Assembly (NCBI GenBank): GCA_021613535.1
Contig: CP075496.1
Span: forward strand, 8,742,001-8,806,000
DNA from: Adineta vaga
Lineage: Eukaryota; Animalia; Rotifera
Length of the DNA: 64,000 nucleotides
Direction of reading: 5' to 3'
The translations under genes were made by a program, and so were the position numbers. The notes below the pieces were generated by a model. It was not told where the DNA came from. It saw only the letters and a program-made list of their open reading frames with translations, and ran no database searches. The number at the start of each line of letters is the position of its first letter. Within the stretch, counting starts at the first letter, position 1. This document shows positions 49,161 through 63,360 of the stretch, one piece after another.

Positions 49161-50199
49161 CTTTGAGTGACGTAGCAAATAGAAAAATGAAATGTAATGT
49201 GCAAGATTGTTATTATCTTTTATAACATCATGCAATTCTTTTTCTTTCTTATGAAGATAACTAATATTGTTATCTTATAGGAAAGACAAGACATGATACG
49301 TTAAAAATGTATGAGAAGATTCGGTTCTAACTTTTCTTAATACGGCTCTTTACAAAAAACAGGATAATCTAGCGTTTTACGATGTGGATATTTCTTCCGA
49401 GTCTATATCCACACTGATCTGCTCATACTCTCAAGATGAGAGTTGAGAAGAGGCAAAAATCAGAAAGCCTAGTTTCTATCGAGATAATCGTGTCTTTAAC
49501 AGACGATTTTATGAATAAAAGTATTTCATATATTCTTTATTTATTTGCTCACAACTTATACTTTTATCCCAACAAAATAAGCTGACTCTATGTCTCGATT
49601 GCAATAACATAATTAAAAATTTTAATATCGAATTGTAACTCCTTCATTAGTCAGATATGGCAATGATCAGTTTATTTCGTTTAGATAAATTTTCATCTAC
49701 CTTTTTCATTAGCCACTTTTACCAGTGTAGGCTTCTAGAAAAAGATTTCTTTTCTTATTAGTAATATTACATGCATTGCTCGACGATGCAATAGACCACA
49801 GTTGATTGATTGAATTCGTTCGACTTTTCTGAATGAACTTCTCACTACTTTCGCATATTCATAACCGTTTACTTTGGACATTGACAATGCTATACCACGT
49901 GACATTATTCGACGGCGAATCTTTCTCCAGTATCACATATATCTGCCGATACTATCGGACGGCTCTACAAAAGATTATATTAAAATAGAAGACTGATAAA
50001 TATAGAAACTCGAAAAATATTTTGGACCATATTGCACAGAAATATTAATTCCAATATCTTAAGCAATACTATGCTTTTGGTTTCTAATTCACGATAACTA
50101 ATTCACAAACCAACAGCAGCATTTTATTTGAAACTACAGTATCATTACTTACTCCTTTTTCATCTGCTTCTGAACAGTAAACAATCGATGCTATCTTTC

Positions 50200-51100
50200 T
50201 ACTTCACGCTCAAAACATATTTTCTTACCATTGTAGTTTCTGCTGTACTAAGCCGACTTGTTGTCGACGAAATTTGGCTGCTAGTTACAGATTTCACAAT
50301 TGCTGTGAACGCAGATGTAGCAGTAAATTTCATTTCGCCTATTCATCCAGACGCTATCGTAACATCGGTTCCTGTAGTAGAATCAAAGCCTGTGATAGAA
50401 CTAGTGTATGCGGTGTGAACAGTCGGTGCAGTGGAATTAGTATCTTCGTTAACTTATGATAATACACTGGAAATTGAATCAGCAGTACATTCGGATGCTG
50501 AAGTAGTATCAGCGTCGGGCCTAGAATGGATTTGTATAAAGACATTGGAATTCATTACTACGGTTCATGTGCCTGATAAAAGCAGAAGCAAAATAAAGTA
50601 ACTTCAAATAAAAGCAGCATTTCTTCGACTAGCAATAATCGAATATTGTAGACAAATATAGATAGAAGCTACTTACATGTGAAACAGAACACTATTCACT
50701 CTTAAGTAGCTATAGTTCGAAAAGATCTGTTGGTCTTGGTAAAAGAAACTAGTCTTATTGTACGATTGAAAGTACAAATGATGCTAATATGTTTGATTTA
50801 TTTACAATATATTGTACATATGATAGTATGCGATAGCCAAAATGTTTCAGTTTGAATATTAATATAACAGATGTACTTAATGAAGCAACAATAACTTTTC
50901 CATCGAGTTACTACAGCCAAACTGCACACATTTGAGATTGAATTGTTACTACAAATCTCAGGTTTCTTGAACCAATTGTAAAAGATTTTCGTCATATAAT
51001 TGTTCCAACTTGAATATCTAAATTCAACAAAAGCGATTTCCAAATCTTGGTAAAATGTATCCAGCAAATATCCAAGATCATAGGAATATTAAAAAACCAC
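50200..51100 (-). pseudogene. Possible degraded Ser/Thr-rich (mucin-like) gene
   Basis: The minus frame gives TSSITGFDSTTGTDVT..VTSSQISSTTSRLSTAETT with an internal stop and a GTAAG donor near 50225; boundaries approximate. Confidence 0.3.
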
Positions 51101-53023
51101 CATAGCAGAAGAAATGTATCATTAGATCTTCACTTGATACGAACGGATTGTCATAAAAATTAGAATTTGAATAAAAAATATCAGCATTGTTCTCATCCAG
51201 TATATCACTACATACAATAAAAATCTGTAAAAGACAATATAAAGCAAATTATGATGCGAAAATTGATAGATGAGTTATACTAGTGAATAGATAAATAAAT
51301 ATGCTCGCATTCAGAAATAACATTACGCTGTTAGTAGATAATGTAAACATCAATTACGATTGTATTCAAATAGTATTGATATCTACAACATAATAGTGGA
51401 AAATATATTATTTAAAATGATTTATTTAACCGTTGTTTATTATCTACAAAGCATATTTTTCTATCGCAAGTCTTAACTTCTTCATACATTCAATTTTAGT
51501 GAAAAAAACGAAACAACGAATTGTTTTCAAATTGCGAAATCTACTTGTATTTTCTTTTACTATAGAATATTGCTTTAACATAAGGTATATATAGTTCGAA
51601 ATATAAAAAGAAAGAAACTATATGTAAAAACAAATCTATCCAAGTATTTGATAAAATATATCAATCTTGATTGTACTACATAGACAAGTTTTTTGTATAT
51701 TGATCATTTTTAACATAAAAATTTTGAACAAATTTATAAGTCTTTCATGTAAATGATTAAATGTGAATATGAATTCAACAAAATCAGTTGTTTAATAACT
51801 ATATTTATCGAGTTTCAAATGAACGTACATATTTATAATCCGTTTGCGATTTCATACATATTCGGATACTAATTTCCATCTTCTTTTAAACATGAATTTC
51901 AAACATTGATGTAAGTAAGATATGAAACAAAAATATTTCTTTGTATTTTTCAAATGAAATCTTTCACGCTAATACAATGGTTGTTACTGCATACTAATAT
52001 AAAAGAGATTGAACACAGTGATGCGTTTTTGCTGTTTTATTATTTACACACAACACTCTAACATAGAAATAGAAATATATTTAATTTCATTGAATTAGAA
52101 ACAGCTCTTTTAGAACATCATTTACGATGAAACGAAGGTTAACCCTGTGAACAATTTGACGCAATATTTCCGCATTTAAATCATGATTATCGCTATATAA
52201 TCGTTTATTAATACTGGAAACGTATTATTGTCATTTTCATTCTTTCTTTTTTTCACGCAAAAAATGCATGACAGTTAAAGGCACATTTCTTCGTTTTGCC
52301 TTATGTCGTTAATTGTAGATGAAATAATGTTCCTAACAGAACAATTATAATTGGGACAAAGAACGTTTACAAGTTGATATTCTTTCAAGTACGTTTCTAG
52401 TTGATGCAGTTGTATTATCATCAAAACAATTAAAATATACCAGTCGAATTTATTTTCGTCTGTGAGCATACTGAGTACAAGTGTCCGAAAATAGTACAGA
52501 GTCATAATATTCATTTTTCGCGTGTTTATTAAGAATATAGTTAACAAAGAGAATAGATATATAGAGTAATAAATTATTTACACGTTAATCATTATTACAA
52601 TAAGTGTGATGAGTTATTTAGTCGTCCTTGTATAGAGAAGAAATAGATACTTGTCAAGAGAGGATTGAATAAGATTCATGGAAGTTCAACGTTAACTCAG
52701 TGCAAGAGTACTTCGCCATTTCTTCCACGATTTGGTCGTTAATTGTCGTTAAGTCTGTCATAAGAGTATGCGTGGACAATTACATTTGAGTAAATATCAT
52801 GTTGATCATACGCAATGCATTATTCAAAAACTAGAAAATATTCTTCGAGATATGCTTAATAAATAGTATAATGAATGTTTTAGAGGGATTTTATTTATAA
52901 TATAAGATAATTAGAGAAGTAGAACGCAATAGAATAAATCATTTAAAAAAAACTATTTTCTTCTCATCTAACAAAATGCATGCTGAAAATGTCTCGATTT
53001 CATTTTAGATTGATTTCAATAAG

Positions 53024-54170
53024 ATGTTAAATGAAAATTATGGATCATCGCTTTCTCCGTCAGTTGATTTGCAAACACAACTAACAGATATTTTATGTTT
53101 TATTTTATTCATTATGGGAATTGTTGGAAATATATTCGGTTTGCTTTTCTTTTTTTCAATTCGTCGACGTTGGACGATATCGTCGGATTACATTGGTTCC
53201 GCAATATCGAGTTCAATTACTAATCTTCTTTGTCTCATACGATATTCATCGATTCTTTATTCTGTAACTCGTCATCCACTTCATCAACTTGTTCAAAACA
53301 ATTGGTGGGCATGTAAAATCTATGAATTCTCATTTTCATTTCGAGTCATCTCAGCTTGGATTATATTATTTTGGATGTTTGAACGATTGATGTGTGTATC
53401 AAGCGGACTGCGAACTTTCTTTAATCGATGGTTATCATTTAAGTTTAATTTTATGATTCCAATTACTACGATTATTGTCATTATTGGTTGTGTTGTCGGG
53501 CCATCTGTTTTCATGTTTGAACCACAACTATTCTAGTAAGTTAATATAACCGATTTTCTGTAACCATTCAGCGATTCCTTTTTTTTTCAATAGTGACAAA
53601 CAAGCCGCAATGATCAAAAGTACCAGTGTATCATATTGTGGACTTTCCTCAAATTCGTCTGTTTGGTGGCAAATATACTTCTATCACATTGGTTTTGGTG
53701 GAAATCATCATACAATTCGATGCTTTCTCTCAGAATTAATTCCTGCTGGTTTAATCATTTTTTGTAATACTTTTATTATCTATAATCGTTATCGAACAAA
53801 TCGACGTTTTCATCAAATCTATAGTTCTAAATTGAATCAAAGTCGATTACAATCAACATCATGGATGAATATTGTACTTCTTCTTCATTCATCTCTATTT
53901 CTTTTACCACTACTAGTTCATATTCTTGTACATTTTTTTACGAAACATCTTCATGGAACATTGTGGACATCATTCTCTATTATGATTAATTGTTCATTAA
54001 ATTTTTATCTCTATTGTCTATTTAGTAAAGCATTTCGAAATCAAATTTATCGACATCTACCACAAACCAAAAAAAATTCTTCTTGTACTTTTCAAGAACA
54101 ACATTGTCATCGCATTTATCATGCAAACTATAAAACGCGTATAGTTTACAAAAATTCAGCTGTGAAATAA
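53024..54170 (+). CDS. Orphan class A GPCR; 2 exons
   Basis: GIVGN, WACK..MFERL, NFYLYCLFSKAFR; intron 53536-53593 joins the two ORFs in frame. Confidence 0.9.
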
Positions 54171-54680
54171 AACGTTTCTAAAACATCAATTCATTCGAAT
54201 TTAAACATAATTAAAGTGGACTAGCTGTGGAACTTTTGTTGATAGAGATACATGTACTTTTTTCCAACTAATTAAAAAGTCGATGTAAATTCATCGAGAT
54301 TAACCGTTCATTTTGCTCTAATTATGGAAAACCTTCAATATTATATTCTTCATGTACCCCGATGTATGAACAAAACGGATATTGTTTCTCTAACAGAAAT
54401 TTATACGGAACCTATAGCATGTAAATATAAAATCGTAATTTATAATAAAATTAATTTAATTCTAAATTAAATCGTCTTTTTTAGCTATATATAACTGATA
54501 TTTTTTTGTCCGCTAATATCATATATCTAACACTATGTGAAAGAAAACTAATATTACACATAAGCAATGTTTAATAATGAATATGAAAAAAAAAATCTCA
54601 ACCTACAGTTTATTTATAACACAAAACATTTTTTTCATATCTCAACTCTTGAAGTTATCTATCACTATTTTAATTAATCC

Positions 54681-55225
54681 ATGTCAACATTAAGTGATGT
54701 ATTAATTCACATTCAACAACAAACTACGCGTTATATTTATTCAATCTATCTTAGTCTCAATGTTACTGGCTTTTGTCTGAATATGTTACTTCTTTCCCGA
54801 CGACAATTTCGTACGTCATCATGTTGTATATGTACGTTTTTGTATTAATAAATCCATTAATGGGCTTATATTTTTATAATGCTGCAACATTAAATATTTC
54901 AAATAAATCAATTGATCGTCTTGCTATTGAACGATTTGCTGTTTACCTGTCAGAATTAATTCTTATTATTTTTCCTGTTTCATCCTTTTGTTTATATACA
55001 ATGACTTCACGACTGTGAAGAAATGAGTTGATAAAAATGTTACGATCATTTTTCTTTTATAAAAACTTATGGCTTTTTTCTCGTCCTCGTTGCCGCACAC
55101 AGCCAGCTATAAATGAAATGAATATGGGAACAATTACTATACAACGTAGCGTACCAAACACAGTACCATTGTCTCTTATGCCACTTGGAAGACAGAACGC
55201 TGTATGGAACGAATCGCTGAGATAA
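54681..55225 (+). pseudogene. Internally deleted GPCR pseudogene
   Basis: TM1-like start (..LNMLLLSRRQFRTSSCCI) runs into TM6/TM7 (SSFCLYTMTSRL); TM2-5 are missing; in-frame TGA at 55016. Confidence 0.65.
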
Positions 55226-56108
55226 TTACTGTTGTTATATAGATAGACATACATGTGTTTTATATTTAATAGAAAAGATTATATAAATGATTATTTGAAT
55301 GTACTAACATTGTTTCAAAGAGAATTTCTTTCCAGTAATCGAGAGATGAACGAAACATTACTATTTACTATCTGTAGATTATTAATAGAAATATAATATA
55401 GTTGTTTTTGTGTAGTTTTAGAAAGTTTTTTAAAGATGTAAATTATAAAACGTAGTTTATATGTTACATGATATACTTGAAAGATGTATGTATTTTGAGA
55501 CAAAAGGTTTCGACTTTCTTTTACATGAATGAATGAATGAATCGAATGAGAAACCTAAATTGAATAAAAATACCAGGATATATTTGAGACAAATAGCAGA
55601 AGACATTGTGTTAAATGTCATTTTCATTTCAAAAGAAGATTGAAATAAACCATTTATGTAATTAGTTTTTTTCTCGTATAAGTGCCTCAATCGTTGTATG
55701 TTTCCTGTTTTTCCATAGCTGTGCCAAGTACTTTATCATCAAGAAAAAAAAGTGAACTTATATCTAGAACAATCAGGTACTCTTAAATAATTTACACTAG
55801 ATGTAGAACATTTATTTAGTACCTGACTCTAATTAACTTAGTTACCTATGTTGAATAAGTCTAAAATAACTATACATGATGAAAATAGATAAGTAAGACG
55901 ATTATGTACCCTGAAAAAGAAATTAATTTTCATATACCTCTCATCGCATTACACGGAAGAAAATTCTCTTTATAAAATGATTATCTCACATATGAACATA
56001 CTATTTTTACCGATGATAATAATATAGATAATCATAATGTACTTTTTTTCAAATACTAAGACATATATTGAAATTTCTTCTGATGATTTAAGATAAAATT
56101 AAGTTACG

Positions 56109-57188
56109 ATGTTACATGATGGATATGCACATTTGTTATCTCAGAATGCCGATGATTTTTCTTTCTACACACAACTTCTGAATTTTATCTGCAGTATTCT
56201 GTTCATTCTTGGTATTATTGGAAATATGTTAGGTCTACTTATTTTCTCTTCATCTCGACGATCATGGCAGATATCATCCGTTTATACCTGTCTTGCAACA
56301 TGCAGTTCAATTACTAATCTCCTTTGTCTCATACGATATTCATCGATTCTTTATTCTGCAACTCGTTATCCAATTCATCATCTTGTTCAAAACAATTGGT
56401 GGGCATGTAAAATCTATGAATTCTCATTTTCATTTCGAGTCATCTCAGCTTGGATTACATTATTTTGGATGTTTGAACGATTGATGTGTGTATCAAGCAA
56501 ACTACGTTATATCTTTAATCGATGGAATTCATCGAACGTTAAATTCATTATTCCATTGATGATAATCACACTGATTTTATGTGGCGTTGTTGGTTTACCT
56601 ATTTACATGTTTCAACCACAAATATTCATGTATGTTGATCGATCGTTCAAATTTTTTTTCGATTTGTTTCCATTTTTTGTATGTTCTAGTGGAAAGATGA
56701 TGAATGGAACGATGATGAAAACAAAAAGATATTGTGGAATTTCACCAAATGCATCTGTTCGATGGCAAAACTATTTTGAACAAGTTGGTTTCGGTCAAAA
56801 TCATTATACAGTTCGTTGTCTCTTTTCAGAATTAATTCCAGCTGGTACCATCATTTTAATTAATACCTATATTATTTATTATCTTCGAACATATCGTCGA
56901 TTTCATCGAACATTAGAATATAATTCAAGTCGAAATCTATCACGTACAACAACATCGTGGATGAATATTGTGTTGATTCTTCATTCATCCTTATTTTTAT
57001 CATCATTATTGTCTCATATTGTTGGACATTTCATGAATTTAGAAGCACATGAAACATGGTGGGTATCCTTAGCAGTGGTGATTAGTTGTTCATTAAATTT
57101 CTACCTTTATTGCCTGTCTGGAAAAGCATTTCGAAGTGAAATTCGACGATTTGTTCAACGATTTGAAATGCAACTATTTTATCATTAA
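56109..57188 (+). CDS. Orphan class A GPCR, paralog of 53024; 2 exons
   Basis: GIIGN, WACK..MFERL, NFYLYCLSGKAFR; in-frame 60-nt intron 56630-56689 at the same position as in the paralog. Confidence 0.9.
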   Translation: MLHDGYAHLLSQNADDFSFYTQLLNFICSILFILGIIGNMLGLLIFSSSRRSWQISSVYTCLATCSSITNLLCLIRYSSILYSATRYPIHHLVQNNWWACKIYEFSFSFRVISAWITLFWMFERLMCVSSKLRYIFNRWNSSNVKFIIPLMIITLILCGVVGLPIYMFQPQIFMYVDRSFKFFFDLFPFFVCSSGKMMNGTMMKTKRYCGISPNASVRWQNYFEQVGFGQNHYTVRCLFSELIPAGTIILINTYIIYYLRTYRRFHRTLEYNSSRNLSRTTTSWMNIVLILHSSLFLSSLLSHIVGHFMNLEAHETWWVSLAVVISCSLNFYLYCLSGKAFRSEIRRFVQRFEMQLFYH

Positions 57189-58689
57189 TCGACTTATTAC
57201 ATAAACAGCGATGTTATCATGATTTCATTGTACATGGATCTGCAAGGAATATAAATAAATGATCAACGCAATGATTGAGGGATATTGTATTTGATTCTAT
57301 GTCGATACAAGACGAAATATATTATTACTTTTCATTAAAATACAGTTTATAATAAACATTCAATTGAATACGTGAAGTAAGAGTTATAGCATCTTAAGAA
57401 TATCCCCAATAATTTCAATGCTGAAAAAGAATGATTGATTATTCCCTACACTGAAAGGAGAGTGATGCGCAGAAAACTGGAAATACGTTTGTGTGTTCGA
57501 TGTAGATAAAAGGTCATCAATGAAAAAACAAATCGCAGGAAAAGCATCCTGTAGGAACGTTCGTGGTACTCCATATTGCAAATTTGCGAGCATTATTGGA
57601 CTTGATGAACTCTGAGATCCAAATGTACGATGAAATAAACTATCTAACTGTAAATCTAAATATAGGAATTTGCTTAGAAAGGTGTTTAAAAAGGTGACTG
57701 ATTAAGTTTTGACTGAGTCGTCCTATGCATTAAGTCGTGGTAAAATTCGAGGAGACAAAGATCTTTACAGAGTCATCGAGTCATGTATTCTATGCATGGG
57801 TGTTCAGAAAATCGTTCTCCTTTTTGAATTTCTCTCCCAGATTATATTGATAAAAGATCAGAAGCTACTGAAGAAACACCGAAACTCGATTCAGTTATTC
57901 TTCTCCAGTCTGGATTCTTAGTGACCAATATATTGAATAGAAAAATGGAAACTGCTCACCGTGAGTGACCGATCAAAGATAGACCGACGAACAACCAGTC
58001 GTTTATAGAAAAGGTTATTTGAGAGATCCATCGTTATTGCAATAGGTGAACGTCATGATGTTTGAGAAGCTATCAAATGGTTCGATCTATAAGCAAAAAT
58101 AATTCTTGGAGAGAAATTACACGCAACAAAATCTTTTGATTGACGTGAACATGATGTTGTTTACTTATATTTAAATTTCGAAAATATTTTATTCTTTAAA
58201 GTGGTAGGTGGTTAATCTTCCAAAGATATGCCATCACTCTGAATACACTCATCAGCTTGCAATACGCGCTGAAGCATAGTAAAGATTTAGCTACCGTTCC
58301 TAGTACAAACCGCAATATAGCGACAATGATTGTGCTCAAAAAGTAATAGATGCTTGTATTTGCCTATTCATTTAACACTTTATTGCCTTGTATGATTGCT
58401 GTCTTTTTCCTATCCATGGCTTAATCTCAGTTGAGTATATCAGATAATTCACGAAGTTAAAGTTTTTTTTAAATACATATCATATTATAATGCTACCGAC
58501 GAATATTAACAAGGATGTGTTGAAAAAAGGCAAACGATATTATGCGATAATAATTATAAAAGATTTATTTTCAAAACAAAAATCTTTTCGGCAAAAATAG
58601 TCACTAAATTTCGTTTGGTTAATCCTTCAGTCGAGGCTCAAGCGAGTCGTCCTCGACGAGCGTAATTTATTATATTTTTATAGAAGATA

Positions 58690-60178
58690 CGGTGACTGAT
58701 ATACAAGCAGATATCAGTGTGGCTATGTTACGTATGATAATAGGAAATGAATACAATCGACGTTTTAGTAAGAGAACGACTTATCGTTTATTGAACGGTC
58801 TCGTCTCATCGATCATATTGATAATGAAACAAATGCAATTGAAGGACAACAACCATCACTAGTTATTGTCAATGGTAGTATTTATTTTATGATGAATCAT
58901 ACGAAAGAGCAAATTCGCCAAGCGATATAAGAGTATACTAGAAATATTGTTCTTCTCACGTACGACGACCATCTCAGTTCAGGAAAAGTTGTTATATCAC
59001 ATACATTTTCAGTTTTTACCGATACTTTCCCATGCAAATACACAGTTGATAATGTGAAGAAACTATATTCAATGGGTTTGTCCGATGACTCTGCTACATC
59101 GCCTACAAAATGAATTACTCCTCTTCCGATTAATTCTAATGCAATTTCACTGTCATCTATTACTAATAACTTAGAAAATACTACTGTAATGACTAATTAT
59201 ACTATCAAAAACAATACTTACACAAACACGAGTGATCCAACTCCGACTATCATACAAACTGATTCAACTGCGAGTATCACGGAAACTTATAGCAATTTGA
59301 ATGATACAACTGTTACTCTTACTACAGAATTAATGAACCTTCCATGTTCTGTCATCTCTGAATCAAGTTCTCAGCTGCGATTAAATCGTATAATGCAAAC
59401 ATTGGAATCATCACTATTTTATAATATAACTTCTACATTTCAATAATTATCCATAAGTCTTACGAAACATATTATAAGAAATTTTTCGAATAAATTTCTT
59501 AAAACTGCCATCACAGAAATAACAAATACACTACTATTATCCAATAATGGTCAATCAAGTTATATAAATATCACTGGCCAAATCTATTCGGCTAACATTT
59601 ATAGTGAACTCCGACTATACAATCTTCTTCGTTCATATGAATCAATGATAACTTTTAAAAATATGGTAAAACAAACTAGTGCACACATAGGTAAAACTAA
59701 TTCTGTCACCATATCACTGAAACCGAAGGTCTCACTTGAGAAAGAAACAGGTCATTTTTATATGTGTTACTTTTTATCGTCTTTCTCTTTATATAACAAT
59801 AAGTCTGATAACTTTACTACCATTTGTCAATTCTTTTTCAAAATGACCATTATTATTGAAAGTCGGTTTCTTGTCTATCATTCAAGTTCAGTTGGATACA
59901 ATAATCGAGTAAATGCATTTGAACATCTTATTGAAATATTGATTACAATTTCCGGTGCATATTATTTCTTGTTAGAATGTACAAAAGAAGAAATTCGTGC
60001 AATTCCTAATAAGTATACTACAATACTCGATTTTCAATCAGCAACTGGCGATATATTTTCCGTAGTAAGCAGTTTTTCAAATGAAGATTTGTTAATATCA
60101 TCGGCAGGGTTTTCTCAAGTTTCATTAAGAGAAAATACGTTGTTTACTTGTCAACGAGTTGTTCAATATTCATCTTAA
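58690..60178 (+). pseudogene. Disrupted paralog of the 61387 repeat-domain membrane protein
   Basis: PSLVIVNGSIYFMMNHTKEQIRQAI*EYTRNI aligns with PSNVVLNVTVFFNQSYTAEEVRAALINYIRII; several in-frame stops; T-rich linker. Confidence 0.6.
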
Positions 60179-61386
60179 TGTCATCATCAAACACGATATT
60201 GTTACCACTGTCAATATAGTTATAATATCAATTTCTATTTCAGTACAACCGACTTGTTCTACGGATGAATAATTCATTTATGTACAATAAATAGTTGCAT
60301 ATATTACGATTTTAATTAGAAAATTTGTTTGAAACGATTTGTAAAATACAATTAAAACATTTCTGGATAGATGGTTGTTATTTTATGTTACTATATTCAC
60401 ACAATTTTATTTAATTATACCGTATAATCCGTTTTCTCCTGCAATTAATAGAGTATTTTATTAATTAGTTTGATTTTAAGGACAAAGAATTTTCGATGAA
60501 ATAATGTGCAATACAATCTTCATATCTATTTATGACATAAAAACAGACAGAAAATGACAGATTTTGTTTTATTTTCTTCTTATTTAACTATTCGTCAATG
60601 AGAATTTATCGTCCAAAAAATACATGATATAGGTAAAACGGCAAGCCGAAAAACAAGTTTTTATATTCGACAGTTCAGAGGGTAAGAACGAAATATTATT
60701 ATTTATATTGATAATGCAAATACTAGATAAGTGCAGACGATTTCTATCGGAAGAGAAAATGCATTTGACTCTTTTTTTTTCGTTTGCAAGTAATCCTAAC
60801 TTGTGTATGAAAACTTCACTACCGATCGTAATTTTCGCTTATCATTAGTGTTCTTCCGAGTTTTTTCATATGAAATACGAATTATAATTATCCAGAAATA
60901 TTTATTCGAAATCATGAGAAAATAAATGTCATTCTCTTCATTGATACGGAAGAACTGTATTACTTATTTGGTAAGATACAAAAGTCCAGTTTCTTTCATG
61001 AAATTATTCATTAGTTTTTTATTCTACCATTAAAAAAAGAATTTTTTTATCAAATTATAACAAAAATCGTCTTGAATGATATGAAAAAAGTAAACGAATG
61101 TCTATGTCATGTTTAATTATTTTATTCTGATATCTTTGTATTACTTTTAGACACAAAAAACTAAGAAATACTGTACTTATTATACAGAAAAATATTTGTT
61201 TTCCTCTGTTTTTCAGGTGATGATGATACGCTTGTCGTATCAAGACTTATGACTTTTGATTACGAATCGATGAATATCATCGTTGACAGATAGATAAGTG
61301 AAAGCAAATAATGTATAAAGGTATATGTACCTTTCGTGAAAGCGTTATAATAAATTACTCAGAATCCACAAGGAGGTGGACGCAAA

Positions 61387-63360
61387 ATGTTTGATCCATC
61401 TTTGGCCCTTCGATTTATTGTGATTGGGCTTACTGTTGGTATAATGGCATCTATAATCGTTTCGACTATAATAATCACACAGAAGACTCAAGAATTACCA
61501 CCAGTTTATGAATCGAATATCCATTTAGTTCTTGATCGCTCCATTGCTGTCTATGAATTAGATTTGTTCTATGATCCAAGAGCAACGTTAGAAGATTTTA
61601 TTGAAAGTCTGAACTTTGAATACAAATCCTATTTTTCATTAACATGTCTTAAACTTATTGTTACTGCATTTAAGTTAAAACCAATTGCACTTGAAAAACT
61701 TCCGAGCCCAATCGAACAAATATCGAAAGATACACCATCCAATGTCGTTTTAAATGTAACGGTTTTTTTCAACCAAAGCTACACTGCTGAAGAGGTTCGA
61801 GCTGCTCTTATAAATTACATACGTATCATTTATCTTATTAATAAATATAATGGCAAACCAAGTGGAAGATTCGCAACTATAAATTTGGAAAAGTCAATCT
61901 TTACAGCTACCATTCTTTCCAGCTTTAAAAAGAAAGACGCATTGATGCAAAAAGATGTTGAAATCAATATGTCACCGCAAGATTATGTTCTCGAAACGAT
62001 ACAAGGAAGCAGCAATAGTTTCCCTACTTCTCCACCGGTTCAAGAAAAAACTTGTGACTCTTTTGTTCCAGCATATATGAGCATAACGTTTGAACGTTCT
62101 TTTCCTACTACAGAAAAACGTCAGTTTGCTGATCTAGCATCCACTTTACAAGATCTTGCTACAAATGTTCAAAATCGAATTAAATCAAAATTCGGTTCAT
62201 CATTCATCAAACTTGATATTTTACTGTTTTCTGATCAGCCAATTTTATTTTCAAATACTCAAACAGTACTGACAACCGTTGTTTGTAGGATTTACCTAAC
62301 ATCAAATCAACGCGCCATTTTGATAGAACAAAGTTTCAAAGATGATACACAATCGATTGCTCTATTGGATGTTACCAATGTCCCAAGTTCAGCTCTCGCG
62401 TCATTCTCATCCAAATACTCCATCTTTACAGACACCACTAATCAATCACTAACAAATAAGCTAACAACTGAACTGACTAATCTTTGCGACAAAGACTTAT
62501 GGACAGTCTCAATGACGATTCCGACGATAATACTATCCAAGCCGATCACATCCATGAAAAATACTTATGGGCGTACCGAGGTGCCAAAGGCAGGGGGAGC
62601 GCAGCAAAAAAAACAAAAAAAATTCCGAAGTATGGGGAGCGTTAAGTATCCCGCCCCCCTTCTTCACTCTGCTCATGAAAGCACAACTGCCGCCCCCACC
62701 ATCATTAGCACTGTCATATTCGAACACACCTACGATGGCTCTACTTCAAACTTTATGACGATCATCGAAACAGATTTTGTTAGAACGGTGACACGCACAC
62801 CAGAAATAACAGTATCTACAATTACAACAACTGCACGTAAATCATCAACACACGTCTCTGAGATACTGACTACAACATCCAGATGTCACTTAAACGATCA
62901 AGTTTATGAAGCATATATGAGCATTAGTCTTTTGCTTTCCGCTACTAATGATGAAATGGCTGTATATTCTAATATAGGTACAACAATTGAAGCTATTCGA
63001 GTATCGTTAAATGTCGAATTGAAAGTAGCATTTCCATTATCATTTTTAAAATTTAATTACATTATGATGTCAAATCAACCGATTGTATTTTCGACTACGA
63101 AGAGTAGACGAAGAAAACGTCAGCCAGATCAAACAGCGGTGATTATTGTGATTGGTAAAGCTTACTTTACAAAAAGTCAATCACGATTCGAGTTACGTAC
63201 GTCCCTAAAAAATTATAAATTGGGCATAGATGTTCTAAACAAATACGGAACATCAAATACAAGACTTAGTTCTTTTTCTGCAGATCATTCTATATTCGGA
63301 GATACATCATCAATTGAATTAACTTCAGAAGAAATCGTCGATTTGACTGCATACTGTTGA
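61387..63360 (+). CDS. Type II membrane protein with three SEA-like repeats and a Thr-rich linker
   Basis: N-terminal TM; three repeats (AYMSI..SxQPIxFS..YF..SIF.D); furin-type RRRKR. The SEA assignment is an inference. Confidence 0.65.
   Translation: MFDPSLALRFIVIGLTVGIMASIIVSTIIITQKTQELPPVYESNIHLVLDRSIAVYELDLFYDPRATLEDFIESLNFEYKSYFSLTCLKLIVTAFKLKPIALEKLPSPIEQISKDTPSNVVLNVTVFFNQSYTAEEVRAALINYIRIIYLINKYNGKPSGRFATINLEKSIFTATILSSFKKKDALMQKDVEINMSPQDYVLETIQGSSNSFPTSPPVQEKTCDSFVPAYMSITFERSFPTTEKRQFADLASTLQDLATNVQNRIKSKFGSSFIKLDILLFSDQPILFSNTQTVLTTVVCRIYLTSNQRAILIEQSFKDDTQSIALLDVTNVPSSALASFSSKYSIFTDTTNQSLTNKLTTELTNLCDKDLWTVSMTIPTIILSKPITSMKNTYGRTEVPKAGGAQQKKQKKFRSMGSVKYPAPLLHSAHESTTAAPTIISTVIFEHTYDGSTSNFMTIIETDFVRTVTRTPEITVSTITTTARKSSTHVSEILTTTSRCHLNDQVYEAYMSISLLLSATNDEMAVYSNIGTTIEAIRVSLNVELKVAFPLSFLKFNYIMMSNQPIVFSTTKSRRRKRQPDQTAVIIVIGKAYFTKSQSRFELRTSLKNYKLGIDVLNKYGTSNTRLSSFSADHSIFGDTSSIELTSEEIVDLTAYC

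Noticed and set aside
49383-49450. Small hairpins upstream of cathepsin B
   Set aside because: Too short, with no target-site duplication or second copy to support a MITE.
57380-58450. Slightly GC-richer intergenic stretch, possible transposon remnant
   Set aside because: No transposase or reverse-transcriptase motif and no terminal repeats seen.
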